DNA from: Octopus sinensis
Taxonomy: Eukaryota
DNA length: 62,416 bases
Direction of reading: 5' to 3'
Assembly (NCBI RefSeq): GCF_006345805.1
Contig: NW_021832006.1
Location: forward strand, 1 to 62,416
The position numbers were made by a program, and so were the translations under genes. Shown piece after piece: positions 52,633-62,416 of the stretch. Below the pieces are notes generated by a model. That model worked only from the letters and a program-made list of their open reading frames with translations, was not told where the DNA came from and did no database searches. Numbering within the stretch: the first letter of the stretch is position 1; the number at the start of each line of letters is the position of its first letter.

Positions 52633-52698
<66 letters not shown>

Positions 52699-52700
<2 letters not shown>

Positions 52701-52915
52701 GGCAGTGAGCTGGCAGAATTGTTAGCATGCTGGGTGAAATGCTTAACAGTATTTCATCTGCTGCTACTTTCAAGTTCAAATACTGCCGAGGTCGCCTTTG
52801 CCTTTCATCCTTTCGAGGTTGATAAATCATGTACAAGTTGAGTACTGGGGTTGATGTAATCATCTAGTCCCCTCCTCCAAAGTCTCAGGCCTTGTACCAA
52901 TAGTAGAAAGGATTA
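52699..52915 (+). mobile_element. SINE family M with (ATT)n tail
   Basis: Family match. Further copies at 22350, 25790, 26670 and 61700. Confidence 0.8.
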
Positions 52916-53184
52916 TTATTATAATTATTATTGAAGACTGATAATGACATTCTGTGAAAGTGGGTACACAGGTTGCCCTCATTCAAACTTTTGAATTTGA
53001 ATTTCTATAATTTTGAATTTCTCTGTATTACTTTTCCTTTTAAACTCAATAAAAACAGGCAAGTTGTCAAAATATTGATCAGACCAATAAAATATCTATT
53101 GCAATTGCATTTTGCTCTTTGTATTGTCTATTTACCTTTGTGAGGAGTTACAAAATCCTTTTACAATATTATTCAGTCGTCTTA

Positions 53185-54140
53185 TTTTTATCATGTTCTT
53201 TCACTGCACTACCAAGCACAGCTCTGTGTGCCTTGGGTATGTGCTGCAGTTTGTTTGGGGCTCTTATTTTCCCTGTATTAAAAGTGCTTTATATAGGATG
53301 TGTATGGTGCCTTGTTGTTCTGTTTTGTGTATGTTATATTTGTAAGTCCTGGTGTTTAGGTTATGCATTTGTTTGAATGTTTTTTAACAATACCTAGTGA
53401 CCCCCTTCGGTCAGACACTGACCATGGGTTTGCACCTAGAGAGTTACTCTCTGAGGCACAAGTCTGGGCAAGGTTGTTTCATGGAAGACCAGCAGTCGCC
53501 CATGCATACCAGCCTCCCCTCTCCACGTCACCAATGTTGTCCAAGGGAAAGGCAAGGGCCGATACAGCTTGGCACCTGTGACGTCGCAACTCATTTCTAC
53601 AGCTGAGTGAACTGGGGCAACGTGAAATAAAGTGCCTTGCTCAAGAACACAACACGCAGCCCGGTCCGGGATTCGAGCTCACAACCTCACGATCGTAAGC
53701 TCGACGCTCTAACCATGCACCTATTATTATAGGGATTGTTTCTGTTTTTAGGTTCCACATTTGGGTTATCTCTATTTCCAGATCTTTGTATTTTGAGAGT
53801 TTCTCTGTTTCATTTAGAGATATATTGTCATTTGTTGGGATTGATACATCAATTAGAAGGCATTTTTTTCTTGGTGATCCGTCAACTATATCCAGTCTAT
53901 TAGCCTTAATATCTCTATTTGTATAATGGTATATCCAAGAGTATGGCTGCTTTGTCTTTCTCTAAGATCTTTTCTGGGATATGCCTATACCATCTTTTTT
54001 CTGTTGCCATTCCATAATCATGACTATTATATTATGAAAACTCTCAGCTTATTTTGCTGGGTATTATGGAAAGTGTCAGCTGTCCCCAGCCTGCAGACTA
54101 AGGTAACACTTGTTCACCAATCATAAATATGTCCCTACCA
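53185..54140 (-). mobile_element. Decayed R4/Dong LINE interrupted by a CORE-like SINE (53399-53720)
   Basis: ANRLDIV...CLLIDVSIPTNDNISL..EKLSKYKDLEIEI..MWNLKTETIPII. 3'UTR matches 26290-26360. Confidence 0.75.
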
Positions 54141-55250
54141 TCAGCACCCTTTAACACCCCCTTCAGTTCTCTCTCTCTCTTTCTTTCTCTCTTTCTCACT
54201 TTTTCGTTCTCTCTCTCTCTCTCCATGAATCTATCTATCTTTCCATTTCACTCTCTGTCTCACACACACACACACACACACCACAGCACTACTACACACA
54301 CATACCACTACAACACTACCGTCTCTACTACATCACATCACCCATGCAAACACCACCACCACAACCACTACAACCACCACCACCACCACTCACTTCCAGA
54401 TATATACAACACCACACCTCTACCACATCGATGGTGACCACAACCTGCACCATCATATACAGCACTACCACTGCCACTACTACCACCACTTCCATGATGA
54501 CCATCACAACTACTACAACCACCAATGCCAAAACTGTCACCACCACCGATACCATGATGACCAACACCACTACTGACCCCATCACCACCACCATCAACAC
54601 CACTACCACTACTACAACAATAACTGCCGCCGCCACCACCACCAATACCATGAAGACCAACATCACCTGCACCATCACAATCACCACCACCACCACCGCC
54701 GCCGCCATCACCACTACCACTACCACCACCACCACCACCACTACCACCTTACCATCACCACTACTGCTACCACTATCTATCTCTACCAGCATCACTATAA
54801 CTACTACTACTACCACCTTCACCACCACAATCACCATGACCACCACCACCACTACCATCACCACCACTACCACCACCACCACTACCACCACCACCACTAC
54901 CACCACCACCACTACCACCACCATCACCCCCACCACCACCACTACCACCTTAACATCACCACTATCTCTACCAGCATCACTATATCTACTACTACTACCA
55001 CCTTCACCACCACAACCACCATGACCACCACCACCACTGCCACCACCACCACTACTACCACCATCACCATTACTACCTCCACTACCACCAACCAGTACCA
55101 TGCTGACCACCATCACCATTACCATTACCATTACCATGACAACCCCCATCACTGCTACAGTCATTAACCTTTTTCTCCTCCTCCCCTCCTCCCTCGTCAT
55201 CCCACCACCATCACAACTCATCATGTCTGTCCAAATCTCTTTAATTTCAG

Positions 55251-55330
55251 ACTTAAGAACGGTCAAGTCACCTTCCGTATTAGTCCGGATGTTGATGGTA
55301 TCACTGCTTCCACCGTCGCCAAGGAAGTCG
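55251..55330 (+). CDS. PTPRN: Internal coding exon (80 bp, phase 2-1) of the same IA-2/phogrin-family gene
   Basis: Acceptor ctctttaatttcag, donor G|gtaagt. Reads (R)LKNGQVTFRISPDVDGITASTVAKEV, like IA-2 SVVGPALTFRIRHNEQNLSLADVTQQA. Phase fits the upstream exon (AG|A = Arg). Confidence 0.8.
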
Positions 55331-55504
55331 GTAAGTCCAAGAGTTCTATGTCTGTCTGTTTGTCTTTTTATTATTGTGGTTGGCCAGGTTGGTGGGTTTG
55401 TGGGTTGGTGGGTTGGTTGGATTATTTTTTGTTTTTTTTGTCATTTTTTTAGCATTTGTTTCCTTTCTTTTATGTTTATTGCTGTTGTTGTTGTTGTTTT
55501 GTTT

Positions 55505-55548
<44 letters not shown>

Positions 55549-56615
55549 TGAGTGAGTGAGTGAGAGAGGAGGGAAGGAAAGATAAAGATAAAAATAAGAG
55601 AGAAAATAAAGAAAGAAAAAATAAGGAAAGAAAGAAAGAAAGAAAGAAAGAAAGAAGGTAGGGAGGAAAGAATGACTGAGATTGTAAGATGGAGAGAAAG
55701 AGAGAGAGGGAGAGAGAGAGAGGAGAAAGGTAAAGAGGGAGACTGAATATGACAGAAACAGTGAGGAGAGAGAGAGAGAGATAGAGAGAGGAGTGAAGAA
55801 GAAAGAGAGAGGGAAAGTGAAATAGAGAAGGGGGAAGAAGAAGGGAGGGTGAGGCAGACAAATATAGGGATGAGGAAAGATGGGGAGATATAAAGAGAGA
55901 GGGGGGAGGGGGCAGAGACGGAAAAAGGCAGAGATGGGAGAGAGAGAGAGAGAAAAGTAGAGGTAGAGAGGTAGAGAGAGAAGGGTAGAGAGGGAGAGAG
56001 GGAGAGAGAGAAGGGTAGAGAGGGAGAGAGAGAAGGATAGAGAGGGAGAGAGAGAAGGGTAGAGAGGGAGAGAGAGAAGGATAGAGATGGAGAGAGGGAG
56101 AGATGGAGAGAGAAGGATAGAGAGGGAGAGAGAAGGGTAGAGAGGGAGAGAGAAGGGTAGAGAGGGAGAGAGAAGGGTAGAGAGGGAGAGAGAAGTTTAA
56201 GAGAGGAGAGGAGGGTTATAGAGAGGGAGAGAAGAGGAGAGGGTAGAGAGGGAGAGAGGGAAGGGTAGAGAGGAGGAGAGGTGAGAGGAAGGGGTAGGAG
56301 AGGGGAGAGAGTAGAGAGAGAAGGTAGAGAGGGGAGCGAGGTAGAGAGAAGAAAAGTAGAGGGAGAGAGGTAGAAAGAGAAGGGTAGAGAGGGAGAGAGA
56401 TAGAGAGAGAAGGGTAGAGAGGGAGAGAAGTAGAGAGAGAAGGGTAGAGAGGTAGAGAGAGAAGGGTAGAGAAGGAGAGAGGTAGAGAGAGAAGGGTAGA
56501 GAGAGAGAGAGTGAGGTAGAGAGAGAAGGGTAGAGAGGGAGAGGGGTAGAGACAGAAGGGTAGAGAGAGAAGGAGAGAAAAATACAGAGAATAAGAGAGA
56601 GAGAGAGAGAGAGAG
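55505..56615. repeat. (GA)-rich polypurine tract
   Basis: Direct reading. Confidence 0.9.
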
Positions 56616-57368
56616 TGGATGTAGTGCTTATGTTTGATGATTAGTTCAATGGAGCCATAGTGATTGATTGGTGATTGAGGATTGATCCCTGACCAAGTCA
56701 ATGGGTGTTTATATTTGTGTAGGGTGGGTGGGTGGGCATGGTTCTTTGGTTTATTGATTATTGATATTTTACTGATCTGTGAATTTCTGTGTGCTGTGTT
56801 GTTTGTTTTCATATCTGTATGTAGTGAGTGTATGTGTATATATATATACTATATATTTATATATATATTTAACATATATATATATATATGCACATGTATA
56901 TGTATACACATGTATATGATGATATATATATATTATATATAGCTATATATTATTATAATATTATATATATATATTATATATATATATATACACATATATA
57001 TATATACATTATATATATACATATATATATATATATATAGATGTATAATATATTATATATACATATACATATGTATACTATACATATGCAAGTTGATATG
57101 TATATATATATGCAAGTTGATATGTATATATATATGTATGTATGAATATATATATATATATATATAGTGTGTGTGTGTGTCTATATATATATATATGTAA
57201 AAAAAATTAATATGATCAGCAGATTGCAATGTTTCACCAAAAAGGAAAATTATAATTGTTACTAAATGTGACTATGGTATTAGGAAGCACCTACATTGCT
57301 AGAAATAAGAGCTAAAGCATTCTAATGCTGTAGTTAACGCACATGAATGAAAATATATACCCTATATA

Positions 57369-57956
57369 TCTTTATATATAAAAGAGAAGTTGTGTGTCTG
57401 TCTCCTACGATTTAGATTCCTAACTACTCCCACATTTTGCGTGCAGTTTAACCAAAACCGGGTATCTTATAGTCGTGATTCATATCGAGCCCTCTCGTAT
57501 TAGCGCGACCGTCTACGATGAGTCTATGATTTAAAAAAATTTACCATCTTTTTTCCATTTTAATGCATTTTTCGCTATTATATAAGGGAAGTAACTCTCT
57601 AAAAATGTCTACGATGAGTCTACGATTTTAAAAAAATTTACCATTATTTTTTCCATTTTAATGCATTTTTTTCGCTATTATATAAGGGAAGTAACTCTCT
57701 AAAAATGTCTACGATGAGTCTACGATTTAAAAAAAATTTACCATCATTTTTTCCATTTTAATGCATTTTTTCGCTATTATATAAGGGAAGTAACTCTCTA
57801 AAAATGTCTACGATGAGTCAACGATTTAAAAAAATATTTACCATCATTTCTTTTCCATTTTTAATGCATTTTTTTGCTATTTTTTGGCTATAACTCTCTA
57901 AAATGTTTATAGAGTTATTTCCTTACAAACCGAGCACACGCGGGCGATACTGCTAG
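57369..57956 (+). mobile_element. Non-autonomous Helitron with ~95-100-bp internal tandem repeats
   Basis: Same ends as 46809-47345. gtctacgatgagtc unit occurs 4 times. Confidence 0.8.
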
Positions 57957-57994
<38 letters not shown>

Positions 57995-58096
57995 TAATAG
58001 TAATGGCAAGACAACAAAAGAATGAATGAGACCTCGATATTATGTAAGTAGAGGAATTTATCTGTAATATAATGTGACAATTATTCAGTTGCCATG

Positions 58097-58155
58097 ATAA
58101 AACTCCGAGTTTTGGATGCCAGGGTGGAAATCTGCTCTGGCATCTCGTCAGTTAT
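58097..58155 (-). ncRNA. Type I hammerhead, G12A in this copy
   Basis: ATAA CTGACGA GATGCCAG...CTGGCATC c AAAA CTC g GAG TT TTAT. Confidence 0.55.
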
Positions 58156-58325
58156 TCAGACAAACAAAAGAGCTATTAGAATGACCGTTAAATAAAGGGA
58201 AAAAACCCGAAGGGTAGAAAGTAAAAAATGCTCCAACATCGGTTGTAAAGTGATGGTGGGGGACAAACACAGACACACATATACATACATACATATACAT
58301 ACATACATACATACATATACATATA

Positions 58326-58358
<33 letters not shown>

Positions 58359-58380
58359 GTATATGTATATGTATATATAG

Positions 58381-58778
58381 TGGAAATCAGAACCAAAATC
58401 AAAGTCGCAGCTGTGATACCAGTGCCGGTGGCACGTAAGCGAACCATCCGAACGTGGCTGTTGCCTGCGCTGCTACAGCTGGCCTCCGTGCCGGTGGCAC
58501 GTAAAAAGCACCATCCGACCGTGGCTGTTTGCCAGCCCTGTCTGGCACCTGTGCCAGTGGCATGTAAAAAGCACCCACTACACTCATGGAGTGGTTGGCG
58601 TTAAGAAACATTGCCAGATCAGAAACATTGCCAGATCAGAAACATTGCCAGATCAGAAACATTGCCAGATCAGATTGGGCCTGGTGCAGCCTCCTGGCTT
58701 CCTAGACCCCAGTTGAACCGTCCAACCCATGCTAGCATGGAAAGCGGACGCTAAATGATGATGATGATGATGACGATG
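58381..58778 (+). mobile_element. RTE LINE 3'UTR with a 17-bp x4 internal expansion
   Basis: Family match. agaaacattgccagatc repeats. Confidence 0.8.
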
Positions 58779-58788
58779 TATATATATA

Positions 58789-59097
58789 TCATGTGATCAC
58801 GTGACCGACCAGACCATCAGACGTATTACACACGCTTATTCACATCGGTCACAATTCGTGTTTTAGCCTTCGAATGACGCCACCCCGCTGGCTAAGCGAG
58901 CAGGCCAAACATAAGAAAGAGTGGGAGAAAGAGTGGTGAGAGGGTTACAGCAGGGAACACCAACCCCCTGCCGGAGCCTCGTGGAGCTTTTAGGTGTTTT
59001 CGCAATAAACACTCACAACGCCCGGTATGGGAATCGAAACCACGATCCTATGACTGCGAGTCCACTGCCCTAACCACTGGGCTATTGCGCCTCCACT
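58789..59097 (-). mobile_element. SINE family C with RTE-type tail
   Basis: Inverted counterpart of 60606-60915. Confidence 0.8.
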
Positions 59098-59098
59098 G

Positions 59099-59129
<31 letters not shown>

Positions 59130-59130
<1 letters not shown>

Positions 59131-60240
59131 CATCATCATCATCATCATTCGTTTAACGTCCGCTTTCCATGCTAGCATGGGTTGGACGGTTCAACTGGGG
59201 TCTGGGAAGCCCGAAGGCTGCACCAGGCCAGTCAGATGTGGCCAGTGTTTCTACAGTGGATGCCTACTTCCTAACGCCAAACCACTCCGAGAGTGTAGTG
59301 GGTGATTTTATGTGCCACCGACACAGGTGCCGACGAGGCTGGCAGACGGCCACCTAGGATGGTGTTTTTTTATGTGCCAACGACACAGGGGCCAGACGAG
59401 GCTGGCAGACGGCACGCTCGGATGGTTGTTTTTTTATGTGCCACCGACACAGGTGCCAGACGAGGCTGGCAGACGGCCACGCTCGGATGGTGTTTTTTAT
59501 GTGACCGACACAGGTGCCAGACGAGGCTGGCAGACGGCCACGCTAGGTGGTGTTTCTATGTGTCACCGACACAGGTGCTAGACGAGGCTGGCGGACGGCC
59601 ACGCTCGGATGGTGTTGTTACGTGCCCTCAGCACGGAGGCCAGTCATTGCGGTACTGGCTACGGTCACGTTCGGGATGGTTTTCTATGTGCCACCGCACT
59701 GGTACCACAAGGATACAAATTCCATTGATGTTCATCTATTTTGATTTGGTTCGATTTGATTTGATACGATTCGATTCTCACTTGCCTCAACAGGTCTTCA
59801 CAAGTGTCACAAGAAGGAAGGTATGCACAGGTGGACTGACTACGTCCAGGTAGGGGCCACGGATTATGGCTTCACTAGTCTTGCCGGGTCTTCTCACGCA
59901 CAGCATACTTCCATAGGTCTCGGTCTCTAGTCATTTCCATGGTGGACCTACGTCCGAAGGTCGTGCTTCACCACCTCGTCCCAGGTTTTCCTGGGTCTAC
60001 CTCTTCACGGGTTCCCTCAACTGCTAGGGATTGGCACTTTCTCCACACCTCTCTTCAGCCATTCTCGCCACATGACCATACCAGCGCAATCGTCTCTCTT
60101 GCACAAACAACTGATGCTTCTTAGGTACAACATTTCTCTCAAGGTACTAACGCTCTGTCGAGTAAGTACACTGACATTACACATCCATCGAGCGAGCATA
60201 CTGGCTTCGTTCCTCACGAGCTTACGCATGTCCTCAGCAG

Positions 60241-60243
<3 letters not shown>
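59130..60243 (-). mobile_element. 5'-truncated RTE LINE (ORF C-terminus, 3'UTR with ~60-bp tandem units, GAT tail)
   Basis: MTAEDMRKLVRNEASML.RWMCNVSV..RQSVSTLRE, then RPRKTWDEVV-type motifs. Confidence 0.85.
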
Positions 60244-60316
<73 letters not shown>

Positions 60317-60475
60317 TATATATTAATTTATTTATATAGAAGGAGCTTCTACAGGACTAGAACTGTTTCATTCAAGAGAAAATTCTATGTATTGAGTACC
60401 TATTTACTGTGGTTAACCCCGAATCAACCCGGACCTACACATATATATATATGTATATATATATATAATATTATG

Positions 60476-60513
<38 letters not shown>

Positions 60514-60536
60514 ATATATATATATACTAGATATAT

Positions 60537-60582
<46 letters not shown>

Positions 60583-60605
60583 ATATTATATATATATAAT
60601 AAACA

Positions 60606-60915
60606 GTGGAGGCGCAATAGCCCAATGGTTAGGGCAGTGGACTCGCAGTCATAGGATTGTGGTTTCGATTCCCAGACCGGGCGTTGTGAGTGTTTATTGA
60701 GCGAAAACACCTAAAAGCTCCACGAGGCTCCGGCAGGGGATGGTGGTGATCCCTGCTGTACTCTCTCACCACTCTTTCTCCCACTCTTTCTTCTGTTGGC
60801 CTGCTCGCTTAGCCAGCGGGGTGGCGTCATTCGAAGGCTAAAACAATGCGAACGCATTGTGACCAGCGATGTGTAATAACGTCTGATGGTCTGGTCGGTC
60901 ACGTGATCACATGAT
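60606..60915 (+). mobile_element. SINE family C, full length
   Basis: tRNA head (tagcccaatggttagg, gtttcgattccc), middle module, tail ggtcacgtgatcacatgat. Confidence 0.85.
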
Positions 60916-61642
60916 ATATATATACATCATTATCATCATCATCATCATTTATATATATAAAGGGAGGTAATCATTTCTTCACAGCTATTTCTGAATCCTC
61001 ACCATCATCATCAGCAGCAGCAGCAGCATCCTCAGCATCTACTAGAATAACAATAATGGTAACAATAGCTCCAACAGCAACAATATCAACAACAATATGA
61101 ACAAACAACCCTGAAACTGTACTTAATATGGAAAAGGAGTCTTGCACTATTGGACTGAATAAATATATAAATAGAGCAATAATATACAAATGAATGTTAA
61201 ATTTATAGACATATATCTATAACTGTACACAATAGAAAACAAAATGTACAAAACGAAATTGCAGTATCTAAAAGTGATTAATGAAAGCAATTTATTCATT
61301 AATTACAGTCAAAGATGAATCAATTAAACAGAATGATTTGTAACACGGGAGGGTATGAGACAGCAAATATTGTGGTAACAGAAGGGGCAGCAATGGGTAT
61401 GGAAGTGGGAGAGATATAGGCAATGATATTGATCTTATGTTATTTCATTGGAATGATAAGAGTTCTTTTTAGATTTTTTTAGATTTATTATCAGTCCCAG
61501 AAGGATGAAAAGGCAAGGTCGAGGCCTAGTTGAATTTGAACTTAGAATATAAAGAGCTGTAAATTTGCTCCACCTCTCTAATGACACTCACTTCAATGAA
61601 TCTCCACTTCACTTTTTAATTTATTTAATTTCTTCCATGTAT

Positions 61643-61674
<32 letters not shown>

Positions 61675-62175
61675 TCCCCACCACTAATAATAATAATATA
61701 AACTTCTACTATAGACACAAGACCAGAATTTGTGGGGATGAGGCTAGTTGATTGTAATGAGCCCAGTGCTCATCTGGTACTTATTTTGTTGACCCCTAAG
61801 GACAAAGGACAAAGTCAACCTTGGCAAAATTTACACTCAGAACATAAAAGCTAGAAAAGAAAGAATTTTGTCTGGCATACTAACAATTCTTCCTGCTTAC
61901 TGCCTCAACATCTTGAAGAAGAAGAAGAAGAAGAGAAGCAGAAGAAGAAGAAGAAGAAGAAGAAGAAGAGGAGGAAGAAGAAGAAGAAGAAGAAGATGAT
62001 GAAGAAGAAGATGAAGAAGAAGATGATGAAGAAGAAGATGAAGAAGAAGATGATGAAGAGGAGGAGGAAGAAGATGAAGAAGAAGATAAAGAAGATGAAG
62101 AAGATGAAGAAGAAGAAGAAGCAGCAGAAGAAGAAGATGAAGAGGAGGAGGAAGAAGAAGATGAAGAAGAAGAAG

Positions 62176-62416
62176 AAGGTGTTAAGGACCAGCTATATGA
62201 AGTGCAGAATAGACAACACTACTGTCAGCGGCAAATGTAGAATGTCTGGTGAGAGGAGTGAATCAGTATGGCACATCGTTAGCGAGTGCCTGAAATTGGC
62301 ACAATGTGAATACATAAGACATAGAAGCATTTCAAGATATTTGTGCTCTCTTCAGGATCAGATACCAAGGGAGGCAAGTCTCTCAAACAAATTTGAAGTG
62401 ATCTAAAAGTGGATTA
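62176..62416 (+). mobile_element. R4/Dong-type LINE zinc-knuckle fragment after (GAA)n
   Basis: KCRM.GERSESVWHIVSECLKLAQ.EY..H, a degenerate CCHC. Confidence 0.7.

Noticed and set aside
59310-59640. CRISPR-like periodic repeats (also 7260-7490 and 57510-57900)
   Set aside because: Tandem units without unique spacers, inside eukaryotic transposons, with no cas genes.
60985-61058. Phase-compatible next exon candidate (ISESSPSSSAAAAASS)
   Set aside because: Built from CAT/CAG repeats with a weak donor, and unlike the expected IA-2 continuation.

Overview
AT-rich, repeat-saturated animal DNA. The SINE and microsatellite repertoire suggests an octopus genome (inference). Almost all six-frame ORFs are microsatellite artefacts. 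The only host coding sequence I can support is two short + strand exons (14474-14560 and 55251-55330). They splice in frame to a peptide resembling the IA-2/phogrin (PTPRN/PTPRN2) juxtamembrane SEA-like ectodomain, so the window probably lies inside that gene, with one 40.7-kb intron between the exons. The introns hold tRNA-derived SINEs with shuffled modules, 3' ends of RTE, CR1 and R4/Dong LINEs, mariner/maT relics, TTAA MITEs and Helitrons. The main unexplained signal is about 15 type I hammerhead-ribozyme (HHR) motifs from roughly ten sequence families. They sit in short non-coding elements next to (TA)n/(TAA)n tracts, often with terminal fold-backs or partial tandem repeats, as in Penelope pseudo-LTRs and retrozymes. 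Their cores show C3-G8, U3-A8 and G3-C8 covariation, and one multi-copy family has a non-canonical U6 core. All folds were read by eye, and none has been tested for activity.
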